Source of the DNA: Podarcis filfolensis
Lineage: Eukaryota
Assembly: GCA_964270895.1 (NCBI GenBank)
Contig: OZ185447.1
Length of the DNA: 64,000 nt
Strand: one strand, 5' to 3'
Part shown: positions 47,210 to 59,494 of the stretch, one piece after another
Layout: every line of letters starts with the position of its first letter
Position numbering within the stretch: position 1 is the stretch's first letter
The notes under the pieces: model-generated
Seen by the model: the letters and a program-made list of their open reading frames with translations, nothing else
Told to the model about the DNA's origin: nothing
Databases searched by the model: none
Made by a program: the position numbers and the translations under genes

Positions 47210-47593
47210 ATCTATATCTATCTCAATCATTGCTATGTTGGGATTTGAAGGATTTCAATGTAATTCTGCAGTTCAAGTACAGAGCACAGAGAAAGGGTTT
47301 GATGCACACACAGAGTTTTGTGTCCTCAAAAAGCTCCTTCCCCATTACAAGCTTCAGGAAAATTTCTGCATGTTATTCCGTGACCCAGAGAAAAGAAAGG
47401 GATGGGCACAAAGTTCTTTCACACATACTTTTGGGTCATGGAGGGGGAACACACTCCTGCCTCTGCCACTAGTCATATGAGTGAGGACCATTAGGATTCC
47501 TCTCGTCCAAGACAGATATCAAGGAATGGAAAACAAAGCACATAATGACTTCTGTCACCTGGCAGAATGCTGTTGCGGGGGACTGGGGGCGGA

Positions 47594-47786
47594 GGGCATG
47601 TGCAGTTTAATGGTAGATCATTTGCTTTGCATGCAGAAGGTCCCAAACTCGCCCCCTGGTATTTCAAGATACAACTGGGATAGACCCCTGCCAAAAATTC
47701 TGGAGACCTATTGGCAGTCAGTGTAGAAATACCAAAACAGATGGACCACCTGTTTGACTCAATATAAGGCTGCTTTTTGTGTTCCT
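47594..47786 (+). mobile_element. tRNA-derived SINE (Squam3-like), decayed
   Basis: tRNA-like head TGGTAGA..CATTTGCTTTGCATGCAGAAGGTCCC and tail GATGGACC...GACTC..TATAAGGC; family name is from recall. Confidence 0.6.
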
Positions 47787-47894
47787 TTGTACGTACTTTG
47801 CTCTTTGGTTTTATATTCATTTTTGTATCCTTACTTGTTGCTTGTAAGCTTCCTTTGACTAATTTGTTGGAAACACAAGGTATAAATATTCAAA

Positions 47895-47921
47895 ACAAAC
47901 AAACAAACAAACAAACAAACA
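47895..47921. repeat. (AAAC)n microsatellite
   Basis: AAACAAACAAACAAACAAACAAAC. Confidence 0.9.
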
Positions 47922-49350
47922 GGAAAACATCAGTCTTAAATGATACATAAAAGTTGAGCTGCCCTACAAAAGAGATAAAAATAAAACTATGTTTTAGAAA
48001 TAAGACGTTTATGAGGAGTATGAGTTATACTATTGCAGTGGCTTTCAAGCTGTGTTCTGGGGAAATGTGGAGTTCCTTGAAAGCCTGTTGTGGTCCCTAA
48101 ATGAAAAGGTTAATATAATCAAGTTTCTGAAACATAGGTTGGCCAGCACAGTGACTTTCACCATTAACATGTTCAGCCAGTACCCTATGTGAATAAAGCG
48201 TGTGCCCTGAAATACCTCCAAAATCGTCTGTAATGTTCAAGGCAAATGCACTGACATTCTGCAGCAGAACTATCAATATGGAAACAATTAGACATTATCT
48301 ATTAGATTCAATGCTTCTTGTAAATGAAGAGGAAAACTAAAGCAGTTCAAAAATGGGTCAGTGTGGTCAGATGGTGTGCATAAATATGCACATTTCTGAA
48401 AGACAGATGAACTTACCAGATATGTCACAAGAAACAGAGCAAAATAAGATTTGTCCTGGAAGGAATGTAAAGCAGAGTGAGCAGAGAACAGAAGGCCTCC
48501 ACTCATGTGCCCTTTTGATAAAATAAAACAGATCCTCAATTCTTCCAAGCACAAATCTGTTGGCTAAATGTACTGTAAGCATATAATTATCCATTTTATA
48601 TGAAGGATACATTAATTCCCAAACCAAACAAATATTTATTCTGGTGGGATGACTATTCCCACCTTGGAGCTCTTTGCAAATAATTACCACTATCAGAACT
48701 ACTTTTTGTTTCCCATGTTTTTAACAATGGGAAATGACCTAATGCAAATACTTGTAAGACACTGTCATACGAGGTGCATTCCCATGTCAGCCCAACATCA
48801 CCTTTCTTCACCTTGAATCACAGTCATTTTATTGGTCAGCAATTTATTTGGAAAGCTGAGACATGTTCTAGCCTAGAATTAGGCAGAGTACTCAGGCACA
48901 GATAAAATTGCTAGTACCAGTGTACAAAGCTCAGGACAAATTTATCTAAATAATTGCGCCACCCTGTATATACCCAGCTGATCAGTGTGCTCTGCAGGAA
49001 GGAGCCTCCTGTAGATACATACCATCAGCAAATCCAGTCCATATGAAATAGAAATTGGGCTTTCAGTGCTGTGGCACCCAGACTTTGCATCTTCCACCTG
49101 TTATATATTAGGCAAGTTCCATCTTCATTGCATTTTTGGCACCTGTTGAAGACCTTCATCTTCCAACAGACCATTCAAATGGATTTTTAAAATCCCAGAC
49201 TATCTGTATTGACGCAAAAAAATCATATGCATATATTATACATTTTTATTGTTGAATTTACTCAATATGATTCATGAAAACTGATTCATAAAATTAAATA
49301 TGTCAACTCAAAACAATATGCCACTGATTATCTGTGGATGAGTGATCTCA

Positions 49351-50118
49351 TTTGCGCACCCCCAGGAATAATAAAAACATATTGACACAGAATTTTAGTT
49401 TAAAGGTTAATGGGCATAATTTAGGCCACAACTTTATTGATTACAGAAATGTTAGTGGTACTGGCTTAGGCATTAGCAATAACTATATCTGACTCCTGCC
49501 CGCCTTGCAGGAAATCTAGAAGGGTAAACCACCAAAAGAGGGAGCTCCATCGATGGCGACTAACTGAAACTCACCCCAGGGTTCTTGCTGGGTCCTGGCA
49601 TGGCCCTAGCCCCCAATCAGACTTTGGACGAAACCCAACCCACAGATTCCTTTACTGGAATACCCTTGTACCTGGAGGGGCAGGTGATGGCTGCACCTCC
49701 CCTCCCCCACATCTCACTAAGCCAATGCCTAACCACCAAACCTTACAAAGTTGTAACGATTGCTAAGAGGTAGGCGAAAACCAAATGGCCAGTGCCAATC
49801 TGCCAAATGGAAAAAAGTCCTACCCGGCCCCTGTTCCAAAACAGAAGATCAACCAAAGTCCAGAGCAAGACCAAAGCAGACATCTAAAACATTGGGGGGG
49901 TGGGCAGGTGTTCGGCGGCGTGAAGCCAGGTAAAGCCCCAGCAATGCACCACCACCTTTTAAAGGCCCCCACTCTCCGATTGGCCAATAAGCCATGGCAT
50001 GATCGTGGGGCCACCGCGTGGCTCAGGCTCATCCCCCACCCCCTCCATGAATGGAGGGAGCACCTTGGGCCCATGCACAATGCAGCCCCTCAATTAGGAG
50101 GATCCGATTTCCTGTTTT
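49351..50118 (-). mobile_element. Solo A-B unit of a Ngaro-type element
   Basis: B with TTAGGCATT(A/G)GC inverted repeat, AATAAAGTTGTGGCC and GCAAA end; A with TTTTCGCCTACCTC motif; no ORFs. The A start is approximate. Confidence 0.8.
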
Positions 50119-50329
50119 AGATCACACATCCCTCTCTAACTAGGCATGCAAGAAACAGGATTACATTTAAATGACACTTTTCAAGCAGGAAACACACACA
50201 AATGCACACACAGCTACACTCAGAAATACACTCAAGGAAGGTGCAAAGAAGGGTAATTCAGGGACTACCTTCAGTGTGAGTTTCATAATCACTTCAAGCT
50301 ATTTTAGAGCTATTTGTTTTTGGGTGGCT

Positions 50330-51262
50330 TTAGACTTTATTTATGAGAAAAGTTTTCTTCAAAGCTTCTTTCACATCCTTGTTCCTCAGGGTATATATCA
50401 TTGGATTCAGCAAGGGTGTGATTACAGAGTAGAAAACAGCTACTATTTTGTTGGCATTAGATTTGTATTTTACTGCTGGACGGACATACATGAAAATGAG
50501 TGTCGCAAAATAGATGGTGACTACAGAGAGGTGGGAGGCACAGGTGGAAAATGTCTTCCTCCGGGCAGCAGCAGAAGACATTTTCAGTATAGTGATTACG
50601 ATTTGCACATAAGAACCTAGAGTGAACAAAAGAGTGGCCATTACAATAACACTGCTGAAGCCGTAGCCAATGACCTGAATAGAATAAGTGTCAGTACACG
50701 AAAGGCGAAATATCTGCCCAGCATCGCAGAAGAAGTGGTTGATTTTGTTGGGGCTGCAGAAGGAAATTTTAGCTAACATGAAGGAAGGGAATGTAGGGCA
50801 TATGAATCCCACAACCCAGCATATCACAGCCACATTTCTGCAAGTGCTAGGGTTCATGATGGCGGAGTATCGTAGAGGGTTGCAGATTGCAAGGTACCTG
50901 TCGTAAGCCATGGCTGTCAGAATAAACAGCTCAATTGCAGCAAAGGCAAAGAAGAAATAATATTGAGTGATACATCCTGGAATGGAAATTGTCCTCTTCT
51001 GAGCCAGTAAATTCTCCAACATCTTTGGCACTGTGACAGTGGTGTACCAGACTTCAACCATCGAGAGATTGCAGATGAAGAAATACATGGGGGTCTGTAG
51101 GCGTGAGTCCACAACCACAATGAGTATAATCAGCAAGTTCCCCATGAGAGATAAGATGTAGATGATTAAGAAGAGCACAAACAACACCATCTCAAGCTTG
51201 GGGATGCTAGTGAAATGAAGAAAGACAAATTCTGTAACCACAGTTCGATTTTCTTTCTCCAT
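50330..51262 (-). CDS. Olfactory receptor, class II (family-6-like), 310 aa
   Basis: PMYFFI, MAYDRYLAICNPLRY, HFFCD, TFSTCASHL, PLLNPMIYTLRN. Confidence 0.96.
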   Translation of the reverse strand: MEKENRTVVTEFVFLHFTSIPKLEMVLFVLFLIIYILSLMGNLLIILIVVVDSRLQTPMYFFICNLSMVEVWYTTVTVPKMLENLLAQKRTISIPGCITQYYFFFAFAAIELFILTAMAYDRYLAICNPLRYSAIMNPSTCRNVAVICWVVGFICPTFPSFMLAKISFCSPNKINHFFCDAGQIFRLSCTDTYSIQVIGYGFSSVIVMATLLFTLGSYVQIVITILKMSSAAARRKTFSTCASHLSVVTIYFATLIFMYVRPAVKYKSNANKIVAVFYSVITPLLNPMIYTLRNKDVKEALKKTFLINKV

Positions 51263-52116
51263 TATATCAGAAAGCTACAGGGATATAAGCAATAAAAAGA
51301 AATGGAAATCATGATTTTTAAAAAACAACAACGATAAAGAACAGTGTCTAAATTCTTTGTTATTCAAAAAAACAAATTAATAAATTCTTTATTCATCCTC
51401 TCAGCATTTTACCTATAAAAAAATAATTTGGCTCAGTGTAATATAATTCCCCTCCCCTCTTCCCCCCTCCCCCTCTGTATTTCTTCCATTCATTTTAAAA
51501 GAAAAAGAAAAAAGAAACCTTGGATCAATGAAAAACATTTGATGCTGTTTCTAGGTGCACCACAGTACTGACTGATGAATTTCAAAAGTAAAATTTGCAG
51601 TGATAAATATTATCATCAATGACTTTTTGGAAAGAATTGGTCCAATTCAAAGGCTGATTTGAATGGACCTTGCTCTGTTCCAACAAAGTAATTATACTGT
51701 GCTGCTCTTCAGCTTTATTTGAGGTACACACAATGTCAACATTCCTCTGTGTCTGGGTAACTGCATGTATTTCCTGTATACACTGGCATACTTTTTGCAA
51801 CAGCCTTGGCTATCTTTTGTCCTCTAGATATTGTTGGACTCCATGCAGCACTACCAATAGTGGAACTTGTGGTCTACCAATATCTGAAAAGCCAAACGTT
51901 TAGCTGCCTCTACGTTAGAGGTTATTTTTTTTAAAAAAATCCATTTACCCCCAAACCTCTTTTTTCCTGCCTTTTACAAACAGAAAACTTTTAGCTTGTA
52001 TTTTCTAATCCATAATTTTATTGTTTTTTAAATGATTCATGCATAGGCTGCTGCTCAAAATTTGAAGGATACATTCTAGAAGTGAGGTAAGAATTTGATC
52101 TTCCTAACCAGAACAC

Positions 52117-52904
52117 AAAGCCACTCCTGACCTAAGGAGGGGGGGGGTTGCAGGATCACGCCCCCGTCCATGCTCTTGCAGGGCTGGCGTCAGCCCCACG
52201 GGACTCCGGGATTCCCCAGCCTCTTGAATATTCATCGCCCCCAGCGCCAGCCAATCGGCTGGCGGCAGGGGTGGGGTTTCTAGGTGCACTTAAGGTCAGG
52301 GTAGCCTTGGCTCGCCCCTTTCTTTCTCTTCAGCAGCAGCGGTTTCCCACCCACCCGCCCTTTAGGTTCGCTTGCGGACTTTGCTATGGGCTTCGGCTGG
52401 TCACCGCAAGGGGCCTGGTAGGAGTTTTTCCATTTGCCTAATTGGCTGTATTTTAGAAGCCACTTGGTTTTTTCGCCTACCTCGTAGCAAAACGTCACAA
52501 CTCCCTGGTTTTGGCAGTTAGGCATTGGCAGGGGTATTGTTATGCAAATGAAGTCGGGGGGGAGGAATGCCATCACCTCCCCCAAATCCTGAAGGGTAGT
52601 TCGTTAAAGGACTCCGGGGGGCGTCGCCTCGTCCGGAACCTACGGAGGCTAGGGCCTAAAGCACGCTCCCGAGCGGTAACCCCTTGGGGAGCGCCTAGGG
52701 ATGTGCATCTCGGGGGCTCCCCCTGTTGGTGCTTAACCCTTCCCAGTTAGACCGGATAGTCTGTTAGGGCCAATGCCTAAAAGCCAATACCACTCTTACC
52801 TGTAATCAATAAAGTTGTGGCCATTTTCGCCCATTAACTTAAAATTCCGTGTCCGTTGTCTTTATTTACTCCATCAGTGGGAGGGGGCGGGTATTGCCAT
52901 GCAA
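52117..52904 (+). mobile_element. Solo A-B unit of a Ngaro-type element (788 bp)
   Basis: Starts AAAGCCACT like A2 of element 2; collinear with the 789-bp A2+B2; ends GCCATGCAA. Confidence 0.88.
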
Positions 52905-54639
52905 CAGCAACAGGAGATACTTGATTCTATTATGTCCCATGCTGGCTAAACTGTATAATGATGTCACTATCCATAAAAACAAAAAAGCACTGGCTGCATT
53001 AGGGGTTGGCTGCCTCAAAATGAACATGTAGCTAAGTTTGTCAGTGACGTGATAAAACTTAACTTGTGTCATTCCAGATAAACAGGGTGTCACAAGTTTT
53101 CTACCAGGCAAAGGTTATTCACAAAGTTCATACTTTATTCTACACCCATCACATAGTTCTACAACAATTGTGTAGAATATATAATCTACCTAATTCAATA
53201 GGGCTAGTTCTCTATTCCTTGCTTGAAACATTTTTGGTGGTGTCCTAATCTCTCATCTGGCTGAGTAGCAAAACTTGAACAAATTCTGTATACATGTGGT
53301 GGGCTAGTCTGACCCCCACCCACCCATTACTGTGGATGCTGATGATTATTATGTCTGAGCAAAATACAGCTACTGCACAGATGTGCAAGCTGTTAAATCT
53401 CAGGGATGGGAAACTGTGACTCCCCAGGTGTCATTATTCTCCCATTCCCATCAACCACAGTAACCATGGCTAATAGTCAGGGATGGTGAACATTGTAGTT
53501 ATATTTAGGATTCTCCTGCTACTAGTAGTAACAACAGCAACAACAACATTTAGAATAGTCATCTTGGAGCAGACTTATCAGCTTATCTGATCCAGAAGAT
53601 CCTGAAAATTCCATTTTCAACTGTGGTCAACTAATGTCTCCAGGAACATGAAAGCTGGGCATTAAAGAAATAAGCCTCCCCTGATGTTTCTCCCTGAAAT
53701 CTAGTAGCCAGAGACAAAGTGCCTTTGCACATGAGTATTCCATTTAGCTATCAAGGCTATGAAGCCGTTGATAGAACCTATTTCCTGTAAGAATATAAAC
53801 ACATTTATTGTAATAAGTGTTTTTATAAAGAAACTCACCAGGGAAGTTTCCTGAAGGAGCACTTGCTACACAGAGGGATACTTTCGTCTTTATTGGAAGA
53901 AATGCATCTTAAATGGTCTATAGTAAAAGATAAAGATAATGAAGAAGAAACAACCCCTTTCGCTTTCAGTCCAGTCTAGCCCAAGTTTCACCCAGTATTA
54001 CTGAAATGGTGATTTGTTGTAGCAATTGCACGTAACCCAGCTTACTTAAAAAGCCAGTGGCGCATAATGTGCTGGCTATGCATCTTTGCAACTGAACAAT
54101 AGAAATGTCCCAGGCCTGTTAATATTGGTTCATGTTGAGCTCTAGGGAATTCTGCCCTTATGATATTTTTCATGTTATAGTTGCACTTAAGTCTCCCTGG
54201 AATACAGAGACTATTCAGTAAATGCAATTAAGCCCATTTACTTTTAGTCTGTTTTAATTGTGAAAGTTTACTAACATGGAATAGTTTTCGCTTTATTCTA
54301 GGCTGGACAGGCATAGTTTGTGAGTGCAGTTCATTTGCCTTTACTGGCAAGTGGTTGACATCACTCATGGATGTGGCTGTTAGCACTGCTACACAATATC
54401 TGCAGTCCTGGGAAAGCAGGGGAAGCAATAGGCTGTTGAACCACTGTATATGGATGGGGGGGGTATTTTCAGCTTGATGGCTTACAATATGGATGGGGAC
54501 ATATATATTTTTCACCTTGAAGGATACATTCTGTCATGGGCAGCCTACCAGGGCTATTATAACACTGATGGCAAGGGCCAGGAACAAACAAAGGTGGAGT
54601 AACCAGCACAACTATCTTTGCACAGTAGCATATATTCAT

Positions 54640-55483
54640 AAAACGGGGGGCGCCCTTTCTATGGACGCATGCAGCCCTTGGATCTGGAGTGGCTCCATCA
54701 GCATAGGCTTGGCTTCGTCTTCCCTCAGGTGGGATACCTGGAGGTCTCCGCCTATCTCAGTCAGTTGTCCAATCCCGCCTGGGGGAAGCGTTGCCAAGGA
54801 GACCAGGTCAGGTAGGGGAGGGACTACCTGTCCACACAATAGAGGGAGGATCTTACTTGGGAATCCTCACTTGGCTCCAGAGCTTCTCCCACCCTACCCA
54901 CCCTCAGTTAATGTCTTATTTTGCAGGTTAACTTTTCTTCACAGGTTTTGCAGGTTAACTTTTCTTCACAGGTATGCAGGCGCTGCTACGTTAAGGTCGC
55001 TGTTAAAGGGCCGGAAAGGAATTCCCCTGCATTGGCAGGTTTGCCTTTCCCGTATCAAAACGTCACAACTTTGGCGGTATCAGGCCTTGGGCGGAATCCT
55101 TTTGTCCATCTTCCTCTTTGCAGCGGCGATACCAGGGTTCCCCGTTAAAGGGGTTTCTGAAGGGAGGCTTTGACCGTACGCCAAAAGGTCGTCATTGCTC
55201 TCCCCTGCAGCGGCGGCATAACAGGGGCGGCTATCTCTGCTTGAACATATGTTCTCCAGAGCCAGCCCACCCCCCCCCCACATTGGATAACCCTGATGCT
55301 CCCTAGGTCCCCAGCTGGGGACTGGGGAGGGAGAACGCCCAATGCCTGAGCCAAGGTCTACCCACATTTGAAATTTAATAAGGTTGTGGCCAATTTAATC
55401 CCATAACACGTTGTCTTTAGTCGTTATTCCACATGACTGGGGGGGTGCTCGCGATCTGGGGGACTCCGCCTGTCCACGCAAAA
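54640..55483 (+). mobile_element. Solo A-B unit of a more divergent Ngaro-type subfamily
   Basis: AAAACGTCACAACT junction motif, TCAGGC.TTGGGCG / CGCCCAATGCCTGA inverted repeat, CGTTAAAGG, AATAAGGTTGTGGCC, end CCACGCAAAA. Left boundary uncertain. Confidence 0.72.
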
Positions 55484-57041
55484 GTCTGAGCTCTCTACCT
55501 AAACTCTCAAACATTTCTCCCTCTTCCATCCAGGCAAGCAAGAGGTATAATCAGAATTCAATGATCGGCAAGCCACTTGTTCTCTGTTATTTGGCATGTG
55601 AGAAGTGGCTGTGCAAATGTGCTTCGGCCATTTTCCTCCCTTCCTTAAATGAACAAACTATTCAGCTCTAAGCAGAGTTGCTCTCCAAAGGGACCATGGG
55701 AGCTGAGGGCACATTCCTGATCTCTGTACTACATCTTCCTTTGGCGGGGGGGGGGGGGGGGGCGGGATTCGCAAACCTCATGGCTCTGACTTCAAATTGA
55801 GCCACAATACGATTTTATAGTATCAGGAGAAAAGTTGTTTGATAACTTTCAGAAGAGCATATGGCAGGGTATGACATCATCCAGTTTATTCCCCTGCCTT
55901 CCAATATATCACACCAAGACTTACATATGGTTCTTCTGAACCAAATAATACATCATAGCCTGGGGAGATACAAGGTAATATTCCCCCCAACAGGTCAATT
56001 TAAATGAAGAAGATAAATATAGATGAGTTTTCCCCACACACACTTTGCCTCCTATTAATATTTTATAATGAACATTCTGAGTGGGCGGAAGTTTATTTCA
56101 GCTTGAGCTGTGATCTTAGGTATAGTGATAGTGGATGCACTTGTGGATTAAATGCTTGGTAAGTGACAACTCATTTCTGGTCTTTGCAGATGGATTTAGT
56201 GGTAGGGATATAAAATGTTATAGCATAGTGAAAGAATTATAACCTGTTGTATCATTGGTACAGGGTGGCAGGAGAGGGTCCCTAAGCATTTACCACCTGA
56301 TCTGACTAACCACATAATGGAAGTTTAGCTAACTGAAAAGTTGAATTAGCTTTCTAGGCTGCTTCATAATAGATAATTGAAAACAATAAAATTAGGATGC
56401 AGTTTGAGCAGAGATCTCAAAAAAATATCTAGAAACTAATTCCTTCAAAACTGCAATTAGTTATTATCAAAACCATTTTTTCTTTCCTTTGATGTTCCTC
56501 AGATATCTTGCCCAAGCAGATACAGTAGCCCTAATTTTTCCTCTGAAATTCTGCCTTGGGTGAGATCTTGTCAGTTTGCTTCCCAATACTCATTAAATTT
56601 TCTCAATGTATGGAGTGTCTTCAGCAGACATGGTCACCTCAAAACATATATTTTAAGTGGCATATGGCACCCATGGAGAGTGTGAATAAATATGCTGATT
56701 TCCCCACATCATTTTTACCCGAGGTAGAACTGTTAGCAATCTTAGTGTGGAGGGCATTCATTTCCTCAGCCTTCCCTAAGTATTTTGCCTTTTCAGAAAC
56801 TGCCATAATCACTCTACAACAGTCGTTGAAGTTAAGCTTTGTAGCAAATCTATTACTATTGCTTTTTATAAAGAAAACTTTATAGTCTTGTTACTTAAGA
56901 TATCAGTTGTGAGATTACATTCAAGCATAACCCCAGTCCAGATAAATCATAATTGTTTATCTCTTGAGATGTTCATGTTTGTTTCTTTATTAAATAACCT
57001 TTGGTCATTTTTTTAGATGTGCATCCTTCAGATAACTTTCA

Positions 57042-57965
57042 ATGGGAAACCAAACCACTGAATACTATTTTTTTCTCCTTGGCCTCTCCAACAACCTTCA
57101 GCTCCAGATCTTCTTATTTTTCCTTTTCTTGTTGATTTATCTGCTAACTCTGTTGGCGAATGTAATAATCATGCTGCTTGTGAGGACCAGTCCACCTCTT
57201 CAGAGTCCTATGTACTTCTTCTTGAGTTACCTCTCTTTCCTTGATGTGTGTTATTCAACTGTCACTGTCCCAAAGATGTTGGAGATCATCATTGCCAAGC
57301 AGAAGACCATCTCTGTTGGTGGATGCTTCACTCAGGCATTCTTTATTTTGTTTTCGGCTACTGCTGAAGTTTTTATCCTCTCATCAATGGCTTATGACAG
57401 ATACTGTGCTATATGTAAACCACTGCATTATGTGGAAATCATGAATGTGGCATTCTGCCAAAAGCTAGTGGCCAGTGCATGGATGATTAGTTTTGTTTAT
57501 GCACTTGCAAACACATTGCCACTGTTAAGGCTACAGTTCTGTGGCTCAAATATCATAAATCATTTCAGTTGTGAGCTCCCTTCCATCCTTTCTCTCTCCT
57601 GCAATGATACTTTCTTCAATAAAATGCTGTTCTTCATTTCTGGGAGCACAGTTGGGCTTGTATCCCTGTTCCTCACTGTGCTGTCTTACATTCATATCAT
57701 CTCCACCATACTGAGGATAAATTCATCTGAAGGGAGACGTAAAGCTTTCTCTACCTGCAGCTCCCACCTCACTGTAGTCAGTCTCTTCTATGGAACAGGT
57801 TACTTCCGATATCTGAGGCCAAGCGCAGCTTCGTCAGTACTTTTGGATGTAATACTGTCCATAGAATACAGCATTCTTACCCCTTTGTTAAACCCCATCA
57901 TCTACAGCTTGCAGAACAAGGAGGTGAAAGCAGTGCTTAGGAGGATATTGAGACTGAAATCTTGA
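57042..57965 (+). CDS. Olfactory receptor, class II, 307 aa
   Basis: PMYFFL, MAYDRYCAICKPLHY, HFSCE, KAFSTCSSHL, PLLNPIIYSLQN. Confidence 0.95.
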   Translation: MGNQTTEYYFFLLGLSNNLQLQIFLFFLFLLIYLLTLLANVIIMLLVRTSPPLQSPMYFFLSYLSFLDVCYSTVTVPKMLEIIIAKQKTISVGGCFTQAFFILFSATAEVFILSSMAYDRYCAICKPLHYVEIMNVAFCQKLVASAWMISFVYALANTLPLLRLQFCGSNIINHFSCELPSILSLSCNDTFFNKMLFFISGSTVGLVSLFLTVLSYIHIISTILRINSSEGRRKAFSTCSSHLTVVSLFYGTGYFRYLRPSAASSVLLDVILSIEYSILTPLLNPIIYSLQNKEVKAVLRRILRLKS

Positions 57966-59088
57966 TATTCATTCCCAATTCAAATCAACAGAACAGTGTG
58001 AATGAGAAGATCGTGTCCCATTGGTTGTATGACCACAATCTTTTATTTCATAAACCAGTTGATTAACATCCCCTTCCATTACACGCCACAAACATTGCAA
58101 ATTTTAGATGCACACATGCCCAATTCTCTTTAGCTTTTCTCCATGCATCTGTAAAGCAAATAAGCAATCTCATGGAAAAGGTCCACAAGGTTTGTATTCC
58201 AGCAGGTAAAGTGGAGCCCATCAACCAGATTCAGTTTAGTAGAGTTTCCTCATTGGTCTGGCTGATTGGGATTGCAAATATGTCAATGGTAATTACGCAT
58301 TGCCCAGTACATGTTAGTCCACACTACATGATTGATTGGTTATATTCAGATTTACTCAGTTGTGGGAATCTATGACACAATTTTCTTTTAATCTGTAAGC
58401 CTGCCAACTCATTCACTTGCCACAGTCAGAAGAGCCTATCTTTGGCACTCCAGCAGTAACATCATTGCTCCTGCTCTGAAAAAAAGTTATGGAACTTCAT
58501 ACCCTAGTGTACCCTTCTACTACATATGCCTTTTTGGCACTAAAATGCATGGGGAAATACACAAACAACTACACAAACAACATTCCAACCAAATTCTTAG
58601 CGGCCCTATAATCAAAATTTAAATCACCTGACTCTAAGGAAACAATGAGGCATTTCAGATTGGCAAATTAGGCCAAATATTTGCAAAACTTTACTGGGTA
58701 TGGTTTAGTGAGCAGTAGTTTCTCAAAATACACACAAGAGCTACTTTTATTTTTATTTTTTTCTTAAAATATTTTCTAACTGCTTGGAGCAGCTAGAAAG
58801 CACAGTGCTTGCAACATTCATTGAAATGGCATCTAAAACTGACCTGGAAGTGGTTGTACATTATGGTGGGTAATCCTTTCTTTGTGCCCACTAAGGAAGC
58901 CCCTCTAAATCTGCAAGGGATATTATTGTTCATAATTTCCACTGACACAAAATGCCATGTTCCTTTTGTTTCTTTTGCTGTAGGTAATAAAATACTTGAT
59001 GCCACAATTCCTACACAATTTTGCTTTCGCTGACTCTGCTAATATGCGTTATATCATGCACATGTCTCTTGGATGTGTGCTGATGCTT

Positions 59089-59494
59089 TTTGCGTGGCGA
59101 GTTCCCGCCCCCCACCAGGATAAATAAAGACACAAGACACCATAATTTAAGGTTAATTGGGCGAATTAGGCCACAACTTTATTGAATTTCAGGAATGAGA
59201 GGCATTGGCTTAGGCATTGGTCCTAACGACTATCCGGCTCCAGCCCATTTGCTGGAGACACGGGGAAGGGTTAACCTTATATCGGGGGAGTCTCCTGCCA
59301 AGGCACGTCGACTAGGAGCTCCCCCGGGTCACCGCTCTGGGGCGTGCCTTTGGCCCTCACCTCCATAGGCTTCGGACAGGGCCACGCCCCCCGGAGTCCT
59401 TTAACGGACCACCCTTCGGTCGCTGGGGGGAGGTGATGGCGTTCCTCCCCCCCCACACATCCTCTTAACCCCTTCTTACCAATGCCTACCGCCA
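59089..59494 (-). repeat. B2 split direct repeat (406 bp)
   Basis: Direct copy of 59878-60283 at offset 789; no difference seen by eye. Confidence 0.95.

Noticed and set aside
53400-53500. Degenerate MITE-like sequence (also ~45235-45320)
   Set aside because: Resembles the 47075 family but termini and TSD are not resolvable.
58809-59033. ORF with LYIMVGN resembling OR TM1
   Set aside because: No other OR motif follows; too weak.
59211-59488. Assignment of the B structure to a hammerhead ribozyme, group I intron or telomerase RNA
   Set aside because: No CUGAUGA core was seen. GATAGTC resembles the group I S motif but lacks a consistent GACUA partner. TTAACCCT is only superficially template-like.
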